Positions 8,078-19,992 are shown, counted from the whole stretch's first letter. The stretch: 63,777 nt of DNA, filler included, from Sandaracinaceae bacterium (GCA_947483975.1; 18 parts of 18 records of this genome joined end to end with filler, not necessarily neighbours in it), one strand, 5' to 3'. A program made the numbers and translations. Notes: a model not told the origin generated them from the letters alone.

Positions 8078-8593
8078 ATGGCAGACATCAAGAGTGGCAA
8101 GGGCGACGCGGAGTTCGGCGCAGCGTTGGCCGGCAAGTACATGGCCTTCAAGCTCGGCCGTGAGGAGTACGCGCTCGAGATCCTGAAGGTCCGCGAGATC
8201 ATCGGGCTGATGGAGATCACGCGCGCGCCGAAGACCTCGGAGGTCATCCGCGGCGTCATCAACCTGCGCGGCAAGGTGATCCCCGTCCTCGATCTGCGCT
8301 TGAAGTTCGGCATGGAGAAGACCGAGGCGACCGACCAGACGGTGATCATCGTCGTGCAGTACGGGCTTCGCGGCGAGGAGTTGACGATGGGTCTGCTCGT
8401 CGACGAGGTCGTCGAGGTGCTCGACATCAAGCCCGGCAACATCGAGCCCACGCCGACCTTCGGGGCCTCGACGGTCGACACCAATTTCATCCTCGGCATC
8501 GGCAAGGCCGACAAGCGCGTGATCTTCCTGCTCGACATCGGCAAGGCGCTGACGACCGACGAGGCAGCACGGATCCACGGGGGCTCGACGTGA
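8078..8593 (+). CDS. cheW: Chemotaxis coupling protein CheW (171 aa)
   Basis: KYMAFKLGREEYALEILKVREII...IRGVINLRGKVIPVLDLR...GLLVDEV. Confidence 0.95.
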   Translation: MADIKSGKGDAEFGAALAGKYMAFKLGREEYALEILKVREIIGLMEITRAPKTSEVIRGVINLRGKVIPVLDLRLKFGMEKTEATDQTVIIVVQYGLRGEELTMGLLVDEVVEVLDIKPGNIEPTPTFGASTVDTNFILGIGKADKRVIFLLDIGKALTTDEAARIHGGST

Positions 8594-8642
8594 ACGCCGC
8601 GCCCGCTCTGACAGCAACCGCAACATCCTTGGAGGTACGATC

Positions 8643-10903
8643 GTGAACCTGACACTTGGCAAGAAGATCTTCATCGGATTTGGGGTCCTGACGGTGGCCC
8701 TCCTGGGCGTCGCAGGGATCGGCTACCGGGGCATCAGCGGGATCAGCGGTGAGCTGATGGAGGTGGGCGACACCCTGGTCCCGTCCATCGAGGCCGCGAC
8801 GACGATCCGCAAGACGATGGTCGCGGTCCAAGCCGCCGAGCGCGGCCTGCTGATGGTCAAGTACGACGACGAGCTGCGCCGCTCGGTGTGGCCGCGCCTC
8901 GAGCGCAACTTCGCCGAGGCCGCCGCGGCCCGCGCGGTCTACGAGCCGCTCTCGCGCAGCCCCGAAGAGGACCGCATCTGGAGGCGGTTCGTGCCCGCCT
9001 ACGAGACGTGGAAGGCCGACCACGAGGCGGTCGTGGAGGTGGAGCATCAGGTCGATCGCCTCGTCGCCTCGGGCACCGCGCCGACCGACCCAGCCGTGAT
9101 GGCGATGCAGCTCCGCGCGTACGATCTGTCGGTCGAGGCGAAGACGGCGTTCAATGTGGCAGAGGACCTAGTCGCCCAGATCGGCGACATCAACATCCGA
9201 GCTGCCGAGCAAGCCAAGAAGGACTCGGATGCCCTGGAGTCGAGTTCGATGATGCTGATGGCCGTCGCGACGCTGCTCGGGCTGATCGTCGCCCTCGTCA
9301 CCTCGCTCTTCCTCGGCCGCAACATCGCCGCGATCCTCACGGCGCTGACGAAGGAGAGCGAGAAGCTCACCACCGCCGTCGTCGAGGGGCGCATCGCGAC
9401 GCGCGCCGACGTGGAGTCGATCAACTTCGAGTTCCGCCCCGTCGTACAGGGGATGAACGACACGATGGAGGCGTTCACTCGGCCGCTGAACATGGCGGCG
9501 AACTACGTCGACCGCATCTCCAAGGGTGATATCCCGGCGAAGGTCACCGACAGCTACGCAGGGGATTTCAACACCCTGAAGAACAACCTCAACACCTGCA
9601 TCGACGCGATCAACGCGCTCGTCGCGGACGCGAACATGCTCGCGAAGTCGGCCGCCGACGGCAAGCTCGCGACGCGCGCCGAGGCGGCGAAGCATGGCGG
9701 CGACTTCCGCAAGATCATCACCGGCGTCAACGACACCCTCGACAACGTCGTCGGCCCGCTGAACATGGCGGCCAGCGCCGTCGATCGCATCTCCAAGGGC
9801 GACATCCCGGCGAAGATCACGGCCTCGTACAACGGGGACTTCAACACCATCAAGAACAACCTCAACACCTGCATCGACGCGATCAACGCGCTGATCGGGG
9901 ACGCCGGGATGCTCGCGAAGGCGGCCGCCGACGGCAAGCTCGCGACGCGCGCCGAGGCGGCGAAGCATGGCGGCGACTTCCGCAAGATCATCACGGGTGT
10001 CAACGACACCCTCGACAACGTCGTCGGGCCCTTGAACATGGCGGCCAACGCGGTGGATCGCATCTCCAAGGGCGATATCCCGGCGAAGATCACCGCGACC
10101 TACAACGGCGACTTCAACACCATCAAGAACAACCTCAACACCTGCATCGACGCGATCAACGCGCTGGTCGGGGACGCGGGGATGCTCGCGAAGTCGGCCG
10201 CCGACGGCAAGCTCGCGACGCGCGCCGATGCGTCCAAGCACGGCGGGGATTTCCGGAAGATCATCACGGGCGTCAACGACACCCTCGACAACGTCGTCGG
10301 GCCGCTGAACATGGCCGCAGGCGCCGTGGACCGCATCTCCAAGGGCGATATCCCGGCGAAGATCACCGCGACCTACAACGGCGACTTCAACACCATCAAG
10401 AACAACCTCAACACCTGCATCGACGCCGTCGGCCTGCTCGTCACCGACTCGGCCGCGCTCGCTCGCGGCGCCGTCGAGGGCAAGCTCAAGAACCGCGCCG
10501 ACGCCTCCCGGCACCAAGGCGATTTCGCGCGAGTCATCAGCGGCATCAACGACACTCTCGACGCGGTGATCAAGCCGATGGAAGAGTCGGCGGGCGTCCT
10601 CGCGGTCCTCGCGAACCGCGACCTCCGCGCCCGCGTCAAGGGCGACTACCAGGGCGATCACGCCAACATGAAGGAGTCCATCAACACGATGGCGGACTCC
10701 CTCCACGCGGCCATCACGCAGGTCACGAGCACCACGGACCAGCTCTCGGCGGCGAGCGAGCAGATCGCGGCGGCCAGCCAGACCGTGTCGCAGGGCACGA
10801 CCGAGCAGGCGAGCGCGCTCGAAGAGACCTCGAGCACGCTCGAGGAGATCGCCGCGATGACGCGGCAGAACGCCGACAACACGCAGCAGGCCAAGGCGCT
10901 CGC
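8643..10903 (+). CDS. Methyl-accepting chemotaxis protein: TM, four-helix sensor domain, TM, poly-HAMP array, signalling domain (3' partial)
   Basis: Two TM segments, repeated HAMP units, EQASALEETSSTLEEIAAMTRQNADN signalling helix; GGAGG RBS. Confidence 0.95.
9483..10574 (+). repeat. Four in-frame 273-bp (91-aa) tandem double-HAMP repeats
   Basis: PLNMAA... units start at 9483, 9756, 10029 and 10302; units are near-identical, the last diverging in its second half. Confidence 0.95.
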
Positions 10904-11003
10904 NNNNNNNNNNNNNNNNNNNNNNNNNNNNNNNNNNNNNNNNNNNNTTAATTAATTAANNNNNNNNNNNNNNNNNNNNNNNNNNNNNNNNNNNNNNNNN
11001 NNN

Positions 11004-14000
11004 GCGGCGAGCCTGTCACGCTGCTGATCGTCGAGCGCACGACGTCTGCGCCGTGACTTTGCGAGAGCACGAGGCCGCTCGCCGCTTCCGCGCGAAGGAG
11101 AACGCCGGGACCGGCGGTCGTGGCGATGCCGGCGAGCGTCGTGTCTTCGAGCGTGACCGAGCTGGCGCCGTGCAGGCACACCGCCGCCGCGCGAACGAGT
11201 GGATTGCCTGGGTCGACGCTGTCCGTCCCGATGATGCTCGACTGTCGTCGCGTCGCGAGCGCCGGCGGCTGTGTTGCGGTGCCATCGCCGAGCACGCCGA
11301 CGGAGCAGGTGTCACCAGGGCCGGAGTGCACGACCAGCCGCGAGCTACGCAGATCGAGCCCGCCGCGATCGAGGACCACCGCAGCGGTGCAGCGGCCATC
11401 AGCAGGAAGGACCGTGAGCTCGATTTGATCGAGGAAGAGTCTCGACCCAGCGCCAACCGATACCCCCGCCGCCCACTCGCCGTTCGGGATGGCGTCGGAA
11501 GCGCCGCAGCCACGCGACGCGCCCGCGAGTATCGCAGTGGAGGCCACCACGAGCGTGCTCTTGTCGAGCCGCGTCCAGTCCGAGAGGTATCCGCCCTCGA
11601 GCCGCACGACGGTCCCAGCTGGGATGGAGAGCGGACCGGTGGTGTGCGTATACGGCAAGATGCCCGCGATGCGGATCGTCGCGATCGTAGAGGCGCTCGC
11701 CGCGCGGGCGATAGCCACCTCGATCGACGCCCAGGGCGCCGAGGAGCTGCCATCCGCCATGTCGTCACCGCCAGGCGCCACGTGGAAGATCGGCGCAGGG
11801 TCAAGCGTGAGCGTGAGCGGCTCGGACGGCGCGGAGGGGATATGGTCTTGGTTGTAGGAGACGACATCGACCGTGACGTTTCCGCCCTCGGGGCGGACGA
11901 GCTCGAAAGACGGCGCACTGAGGCCGCTGCCTACGACATGCCGTCCCGTGCCGTCATCGACGAAGACGCTGTAACTCGTGGCCTGAGCACGATCCCACGC
12001 CAGCGACACACGCCCGAGGTAGGGTGAGGGTGGGAAGGTCGCGCCGATCGCGTGAAGGCCGCTCACGCGCTCCGCGAGCGAACACACTCCGTCTTCGGTC
12101 CAGGCGCTCACGCGTCCGGTCGGACTGACCGTCTGCACGCGGAAGAGATAGCGAGTGTCGTAGCTCCGCAGCAAGCGGGGACCGAAGTCTTGAGCCGTGG
12201 CGTAGAGCCGCATTCCGTCCTCGCGCAGCCCAACTACCGGCACGAGCTCGTAGTTGAAATGATCGCCTGGGAGCCGTGACTCGTCGCGCCAGCTCCACGT
12301 GGCGTCGTTCGAGGGAGTGAGCACGTGGTGTAGATCGATCGGTGCGGAAGGGACGATGTCCGGCGGCGTCTCGAAGAAAACGTCCGGGCACACGCCCGTG
12401 GGCTCGTGCAGGATGTAGAGTTCGCAGATCTCCGTGTCGGAGAAACCCGCTGAGCGCATAACGGTGGTCATGGCGCGGAAGAACTGGACGTCGAGCGCGC
12501 CACCATGGGTGCTCGCCAACGCATGCACGATCTGCCGCAAGCCGGCGCCGTGACCGCGGTAGCCCAGCGCCGCGGCGAGGGTGATGGCTTCGTCGTTGAG
12601 CGCAATTCCCGTGAGGACGGGGGGGCCGAAGAACGTCCCGCTGGGATCAAGTGTCCACGCCGCGCCGTTCCCGGGCACGTTGCCGCCGGTCGCATGTCCA
12701 TCGAAGGCATCTGCGAGGGTCGTCATCATGCGCGCGGTGCGCAGGGCGAAGAGGCCATCGTCGGAGGCCGGAGGGCTCGGATCAGTGACCTCTGCGTTCG
12801 TCGTGAGCTGACCGAATGGGCGCGCCGCGCTCCACGGCGGCCCGCCGATGTTGCCATCGACGCAGACGGCGCTCCAAGGATCGCAGTACCACTGCTGGCC
12901 GAACGAGTCAGGGTTGCCTGATCGTGGACTACGCGTCACCTCCGTCTGGAAGTAGTTCACGCCGCCGACGACCTGCGACGAGATGAAGTCGGCGAACGCT
13001 TCGTTGAGCTGCGAGGCCGTGTCATCGGGACCTTGCGCGGCCTGCATGAGCATCGGGATCCACGTGTCGATGTAGGAGCCCTCGTCGAGCAGCATGTCGC
13101 AGAGCACGAAGTGTCCGTACTCGTGCGTCGGCACTCCGCGACTGCGGTCGGAGTCCGCCGTCGGGATGAGGATGTCGTAGTTGAGCAGGAACTCGGCAGC
13201 GGTGGAGACGCCAAAGCTGTGCGCAGCGATGATATCCGGGACGAACAGCAGCGGTGGCACCGGCGGGGCGCGGAAGCACGGCGCGAACGCGCGGTGTCCA
13301 TTGGCCTCACCCAAGATATCCGCTGGTCCTCCGACCGCCACCGTCGCCTGACGAACGTCATCGCTGTGCACCGCCTGCACGTAGTCGTGCGCGTCGTCGA
13401 GCTGCGCGAGCACGTTCATCTCGATCGCCTCGAGCCGGAGATCGACGAGCATGCCGGCGCTCACGCCCAGCGATCCACCGAGCATGCAGATACTCGAGGG
13501 CACGAATAGGCGCGTGACGAACGCCGCCGGGGCCTCACTCTCGACGCAGACGCTCATTCGTCGATGCTTCGCGATGGTCAGCCTGGCCAGGCCGAAGGTG
13601 TTCGTGTTGGCCACGAACAGGCTGACTCCTTCGGAGACGTGAACGGGCTGGCCGGCGATGCGGAGAGTGGAGCCTCTGGCAGCGCCCCACCCTTGAAGCA
13701 TCGGAGTCCCGAGGACGAAGCTCGGGTCGGTGTTGAGCGGCGTGACCATGACCGAGACGCCGACGCTCCCGTTCCACCACCGATCCAGCGCGCCGATGCC
13801 CTGCCGCACTCCCTCGACCAACGCTTCAGCTGCGTTCGCGGCAGCCGCCGCGATGAGATTGACCAGCACGCCCGCCAGCGCCTCCCGCGCGCCCCCCACG
13901 TCGCCGTCTCCACTACTCGCAGCCGGCACGTATGCGCGTCCATTGTAGAGGAAGTGCTCGGCGCGCAGCCACTCGTACGACACGCCGCCATCGCGAGCGC

Positions 14001-14525
14001 GCGCGGCCGGTTCCGGCACTTCTCGCACGAGGACCGCGTCGAACGCCGGCTGCCCCGCGAGCGCGAGGGCGCGCTCTTGGTTGATGAACGCCGCAGGCAA
14101 GAACGCGAAGGCGAACACGCCGCGGCCGTCGCCCTCGTGGGTGAAGAGACCGGACATGCCGTCCCACCGCGCGCGTTCGCTCTCGAAGAGCGGCAAGTAC
14201 GAGTGGTGCAGATCGAGCTGCGTGAGCGCCTCGTGCGCCTCGCGCGAGGTCACGTAGACGAGCGCGTAGTGCAGGATCGGGCGCCCCTCGCGGTCCGTCT
14301 CGCGCAGCGGCGTCATCGCGTCCCACGAGAACGCGTCGCGCAGCACGCGCGTCTCGTCCGCGGTGAGCGGCGGCGGGAGGACCTCCGCGTCGCCGAGCGA
14401 CGGATCCTCGGGGATCGAGATCGTCACGTGAGTGGGCTCAGCAACCTCGTCGACGTCTGGCTCGGCGACGGTGGACATCGCGCAGCCGCTTACGAAGAGA
14501 GCAGAGCAGAGCAGAGCAGAGCAGA
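11004..14525 (-). CDS. Large (>1170 aa) multidomain lipoprotein: gluzincin-like metallopeptidase motif, FN3-like repeats, DUF1565-like/beta-helix region; partial at both ends
   Basis: The frame stays open upstream of ATG 14478 and reads CSALLCSALFVSG-C (lipobox); HEYGH at 13111-13125; NEAFAD at 12988-13005; YLFRVQTVSPTGRVSAW; FHVAPGGDDMADGSSSAPWASI. Confidence 0.75.
14498..14525 (-). repeat. (GCTCT)n pentanucleotide repeat, at least 5.6 units, truncated by the contig end; encodes the signal-peptide h-region
   Basis: agagc x5 + aga on the + strand, read directly. Confidence 0.9.
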
Positions 14526-14625
14526 NNNNNNNNNNNNNNNNNNNNNNNNNNNNNNNNNNNNNNNNNNNNTTAATTAATTAANNNNNNNNNNNNNNNNNNN
14601 NNNNNNNNNNNNNNNNNNNNNNNNN

Positions 14626-16018
14626 CGCGCAGCCCGACGCCAAGAAGAACATCGCGCCGCAGACGAACCGCACGATGCTCGGCATGTCGGTCGCGCAGCT
14701 CGATCTGATGCGCTCGCAGCCCGCGCCGCCCCCGCCCTCGCCGGCCGCGATGCCGATACACGCGCAGCGCGTGCGCGCGCCGGTCGCCTACGACGAGGAC
14801 GAGATCGAGCTGCCGGGGCGCAAGAGCGGCGGGCGCGGGCTGCTCTTCGCGGCGCTCGCCTTCGTCGCGCTGCTCGTGCTCGTCGCGAGCGGCGTCGGGC
14901 TGTACTTCGCGCTCCGCGGAGGCGGCCCAGAGGTGCGCGTCGCGGTCACGCGCACGGACGCGGGCGATGCGCTGCAGGTCGAGGTCCCTGCGGCCGTCGC
15001 CGGCACGAAGCTGCGCTTCGCCGGGCAGGAGCTCCCGCTCGTCGCGGGGCGCGCGACGTTCCCGCTCGCGCCCGACGCGCTGCACGTCGGCACCAACACC
15101 GTCGCCATCGCGGTGATCGCGCCCGGCGGCGAGGCGGCGACGCGCGACATCGCGCTCGACGTCGACTTCCGCGTGCACGCGGATCTCGCGGAGCTGATCG
15201 GTCCGCAGCCGAGCATCGCGATCGTGATCGACGCGCGCCCGGGCTCGACCGTGCTGCTCGACGGCGTCGCGCTCCCGCTCCCTGCGACGGGGCACGTCGT
15301 GAAGCGCTATCCCGTCGACGCCGCGAGCGCCCGCGACGGGCGCGTCACGCATGTCGCGCGCTACTCGATCACGCCGCCCGGCGGCATGGTCGCGCAGGGC
15401 ACCGTGACGACGCAGATCCCGGTCACGACGATGCAGATCGATCGACCCGGGCTCGCGCTCGTCACCGACCGCGACAGCGTCGAGCTCGCCGGGGTCGTCG
15501 ATCCTGCGGCGACCGTCACCGTGGACGGCGTCCCCGTCCCCGTGACGGCGGGCAGGTTTTTACAGCACATTTCGCTCGCCACGCTCGGTCAGCACTCGCC
15601 GCGCATCGTCGCGAGCGCGCCTGGCAAGGCGCCGCAGGCCGTCACGCTCGACCTCCGGCGCGTGGCGAATCTGGCCGTCGAGGCGCGCAGCTTCACGTTC
15701 GACGCCACGCTCACCTACGCGCGCCTGAGCCCGGCCGTGCTCACCTATCAGGGGCAGCGCGTCGCGCTCGAGGGGCGGGTCTACAACGTCGAGATCAGCG
15801 CCGGGCGCAGCGTGGTGCAGATGCTCGCGCGAGACTGCCCGCGCGGTGAGCAGTGCTCACTCTGGGTGACCTATCCCGCGGCGACCGAGATCACAGAGAA
15901 CACCTGGGTGAGGGTCCTCGGGACGGTCGCGGGACAGCAGCAGTTCCGCTCCGAGTCGGGGCGCGTCAACACCGTGCCGCGCATCGACGCGACCTACCTC
16001 TTGCCGCTGCCCTCGTGA
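14626..16018 (+). CDS. Membrane-anchored hypothetical protein (Pro-rich N-terminus, TM, Ig-like repeats, possible C-terminal OB-fold), 5' partial
   Basis: One TM (LLFAALAFVALLVLVASGVGLYF); beta-rich C-terminus YQGQRVALEGRV...WVRVLGTV. Confidence 0.7.
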
Positions 16019-18143
16019 CGCACGCCGCGGTCGAGCCCACGGGGCACACGCTGGAGCTTCACGCGTGTCCTGACTGCGGCTGCATGAACGCCTCCGACGT
16101 GGCGTTCTGTCCTCGCTGCGGCGCGCCACAGGGCGAGCGCGCGCGCGCGGGGACGTCGCCGACTCAGCCGCCGCCTGCGCCGACCCACGAGGCGGATCCG
16201 CTCGTCGGGACCGTGATCGCCGACCGCTACCGGATGGTCTCGCTCGTCGGGCGCGGCGGGATGGGCGTCGTCTACAAGGCCGAGCACGTGCGCATCGGCA
16301 AGCTGATGGCCGTCAAGCTCCTCCACGGGGAGCTCGCGCGCGACAAGGACGTCATCAAGCGCTTCAAGCGCGAGGCTGACTCCGCGTCTCGCCTCTCGCA
16401 CCCGAACACGGTGCAGATCTTCGACTTCGGCCGCAACGACAACCTGATGTACCTCGTCATGGAGTACGTCGCGGGGCGCGACCTCGGCTGGATGATCCAT
16501 CACGAGCACACGCTGCCGTTCGTGCGCGTCGCGCGCATCGCGGCGCAGGTCTGCGCGTCGCTCGTCGAGGCGCACGGCATCGGCCTCGTGCATCGCGACC
16601 TGAAGCCCGAGAACATCATGGTCGTCGACTCGCGGAGTCAGCCCGACTTCGTGAAGGTGCTCGACTTCGGGCTCGCCAAGCTCCGCGATCAGAAGGGCGG
16701 CGACATCACGCGCGTCGGCGCGCTCGTCGGCACGCCGTATTACATGGCCCCCGAGCACATCCGCGGCGAGACGGTCGACGGGCGCGCGGACCTCTACGCG
16801 ATCGGCGCGATGATCTACAAGGCGGTCTGCGGCGTCCCGCCGTTCACCGCGCAGACGCCCGTCGGCGTGCTGACCAAGCACCTGACCGAGACGCTCGTGC
16901 TGCCGTCGGTGCGCAGCCCGCGCCAGGATCTGCCGCCGCAGTGCGACGACATCGTGCGCAAGGCGATGCAGCGTGACCCGGCCGACCGCTATCAGCGCGC
17001 CGAGGACTTCCGCGACGATCTGCTCTCGTATCTCGAGTCCGTCGGCGAGGGCTTCGACTCGACCTCGAGGCTCGCGGGGCGCTCGATCTCGGCGCCCGCC
17101 AACGAGTCCGTGACGACGGCGGGCGGTGGGCGCGCGGTGCTCGCGGTCGCGACGCGCGGTGACGTCGACCGCTACGAGACGCGCCTGCGCCGCTACGGTT
17201 GGGTGCGCTCGGCGGTGCTCGCGACGCTGCTGCTCGGGGGGATCGCCGCCGGGGCTTGGTTCTGGCGGGGGCATCAGGGCCCGCTGCCGACGACCGAGAT
17301 CGAGCCGAACAACGAACCGGCGACCGCGAACCTGCTCGTGCCCGGACACCCGCTCACCTCGTATCTCGGCAAGCGCCTGTCGGACGCATACAGCGACGCG
17401 GACGTCTACGTCCTGCGCAATCCGGGTGGGCGCGAGCGCTATCTGCGCTTCTCGGTGAGCGGACTGCCGAACATGGACACGGTCGTCGACGTCGTGCGCG
17501 CGGGGAACGTCACGCCCGTGCTGCGCGCCGATGTGCGAGGGCGCGGCGGTGCCGAGGAGGTGCCAGCGTTCCCGATGGAGGGGCCCACGTACTACCTGCG
17601 TGTCCGCGAGTACTGGCGCGCGGGCGAGGCCCCGACCGAGAACGTCAGCGACCCATACACGATCGAGTGGAGCTTCGTCACGCCGGGCCCCGACGAAGAG
17701 ACGGAAGTGAACGACTCGTTCGAGCTCGCCGACGAGGTGCGCCTCGGCGCGCGCCGACGCGGGCACATCGGCTGGAACGACGATCACGACGTGTATTGCC
17801 TCGCCGAGGACGCGACGAACGTGCGGGCGAGCGTGGACGGCGTCGAGGGGCTCGACCTCGTGCTCGCGTCGACGGAGCGCTCGAGCGGCGTCGACACGCA
17901 GGCGGACGCGGCGGGTCCCGGCGTTGGTGAGTCGCTGCCGACGATCGCCGACGCGCCCGCGCGCACGACGTGTTTCACGGTGAGCGCGACGACCGAGCGC
18001 CGCGGCGAGCGCGCGAGCGCGACGCGCATGTACACGCTGCGCATCGAGCACGGCGAGCCGCCTGCGCCGCCCGCCCCGGTCGTCGCGCCCGCACTGCGTC
18101 CGCATGGGCGAGGTCAGCCTGGTGCAGCGCCGTCGCCCGGAGC
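16015..18143 (+). CDS. Hanks-type Ser/Thr kinase with an N-terminal Zn-ribbon, TM and extracellular PPC-like repeats, 3' partial
   Basis: CPDC...CPRC; GRGGMGVVY, AVK, HRDLKPEN, DFG, APE; EIEPNNEPATAN and ETEVNDSFELA; GTG overlaps the upstream TGA. Confidence 0.92.
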
Positions 18144-18317
18144 NNNNNNNNNNNNNNNNNNNNNNNNNNNNNNNNNNNNNNNNNNNNTTAATTAATTAAN
18201 NNNNNNNNNNNNNNNNNNNNNNNNNNNNNNNNNNNNNNNNNNNCGAGCGGCGGCGCAGCGGACGCGCTGAACGCTCGGCGGGGATGAGCCCCCGCCCTGT
18301 ATTCCGTGGGGGTCTCG

Positions 18318-19877
18318 TCAGACGAGCCCGCCGACGGACTTGGCCGTGGCGGACGCGAGCGAGCCGTCGTCGATCAGGCGCGCGCAGGTCGTCATGTCGA
18401 CGTGGAGCGGGCGATCCTCGGTGAGCGTCGGGACGTGCGCGCGGACGGCGGCGTGCGCGGCGCGGACGCCCGTGCCGGGCAAGTGCGGCAGCCGCAGATC
18501 GAGCCCCTGCGCGCTGACCATCGCCTCGATCGCGAGCACGTCGCGGACATGCCGCACGACCTCGGTGAGCTTGCGCGCGCTGATGCTGCCCATCGAGACG
18601 TGATCCTCTTTGCCGGCGGAGGCGGGGATCGAGTCGACGCTCGCGGGGTGCGCGAGGATCTTGTTCTCGCTGACGAGCGCGCTCGCGGTCACCTGCGCCA
18701 TCATGAAGCCGCTGTCGAGGCCGCTCCGAGGCGCGAGAAACGGCGGCAAACCCGAGCTCATCGCGGGGTTGACGAGCTGTTCCAGCCGACGCTCGGCGAT
18801 GCTCGCGAGCTCCGCCGTGGCGATGGCGGCGAGGTCGAGCGCGATGGCGAGCGGCTGCCCGTGGAAGTTGCCGCCGCTGATCACCTCGGCGTGCCCGTGC
18901 TCGTCGAGGAAGATGAGCGGGTTATCCGTCGCCGCGAGCATCTCGCGCTCGAGCGTGGTGCGCACGAAGCCGAGCGCGTCGCGCGTCGCGCCGTGCACCT
19001 GCGGCATGCAGCGCAAGGAGTACGGGTCCTGCACCTTCTTGCAGTCGCGGTGGGACTCCATGATCGTGCTGCCCGCGAGGAGCTTGCGGAGGTTGCCCGC
19101 GGTCTCGGCCTGGCCGGGGTGAGGGCGCACGCTCTCGATGCGCGGATCGAACGGGCGCCCCGAGCCTTGGAGCGCCTCGAGGGACATCGCGCCGGTGATG
19201 TCGGCGATCGTGCAGAGGCGCTCGGCTTGGACCGTCGCGAGGCCGCCGATGGCGATCATCAGCTGCGTGCCGTTGATCAGCGCGAGGCCCTCCTTGGCCT
19301 CGAGGACGGTCGGGTGGAGGCCCGCCTTGGCGAGCGCGTCCTTGCCCGAGAGGCGCACGCCGCCGACGTCGGCCTCGCCCTCGCCGAGGAGCACGAGCGC
19401 GAGGTGCGCGAGCGGCGCGAGGTCGCCTGACGCGCCGACCGAGCCCTGCGCCGGGATGCGCGGGCAGATGTCGTGGTCGAGCAGGCCGATCAGCAGGTCG
19501 ATCAGCTCCGGGCGAACGCCGCTGTGCCCGAGCGCGAGCACCTGCGCGCGGAGCGCGATCATGCCGCGCACGGCGGGGCGCGGCAGATCGGGGCCGACGC
19601 CGCACGCGTGGCTGCGGATCAGGTTCCGCTGGAGCGAGCGCACGTCGTCGGGCGCGATGCGCGTCTCGGCGAGCGCGCCGAAGCCGGTGTTGACGCCGTA
19701 GACGTTGGGCGCCTCGGCGCCCGCCGCGGCGAGGCCGTCGACGAAGGCGCGCGAGGCGGCGACCTTGGCGCGAGAGGCGTCGGGGAAGGTGAGGCGGGCG
19801 TGCCCGTGGGCGAGGTCCCAGAGATCGTCGAGGGTCCAGGCGGAGGCGAGGGGGACGGCGCGGGGCGTGAGGGCCAT
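18318..19877 (-). CDS. hutH: Histidine ammonia-lyase (519 aa)
   Basis: YGVNTGFG, LIRSHACG, GSVGASGDLAPL (MIO-forming ASG), VQDPYSLRC, GGNFHGQP, EDHVSMG. Confidence 0.95.
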   Translation of the reverse strand: MALTPRAVPLASAWTLDDLWDLAHGHARLTFPDASRAKVAASRAFVDGLAAAGAEAPNVYGVNTGFGALAETRIAPDDVRSLQRNLIRSHACGVGPDLPRPAVRGMIALRAQVLALGHSGVRPELIDLLIGLLDHDICPRIPAQGSVGASGDLAPLAHLALVLLGEGEADVGGVRLSGKDALAKAGLHPTVLEAKEGLALINGTQLMIAIGGLATVQAERLCTIADITGAMSLEALQGSGRPFDPRIESVRPHPGQAETAGNLRKLLAGSTIMESHRDCKKVQDPYSLRCMPQVHGATRDALGFVRTTLEREMLAATDNPLIFLDEHGHAEVISGGNFHGQPLAIALDLAAIATAELASIAERRLEQLVNPAMSSGLPPFLAPRSGLDSGFMMAQVTASALVSENKILAHPASVDSIPASAGKEDHVSMGSISARKLTEVVRHVRDVLAIEAMVSAQGLDLRLPHLPGTGVRAAHAAVRAHVPTLTEDRPLHVDMTTCARLIDDGSLASATAKSVGGLV

Positions 19878-19992
19878 GGCGCGCCATGTAGCACGGGGGC
19901 CGGGCGCGGCGTCCGTCCCGGCGCACGGGCCGCCCCGGACCGCCGCGGACGGCTCGTCCCGGGACGACCTAGCTATTTGAATTTCGACGCGA

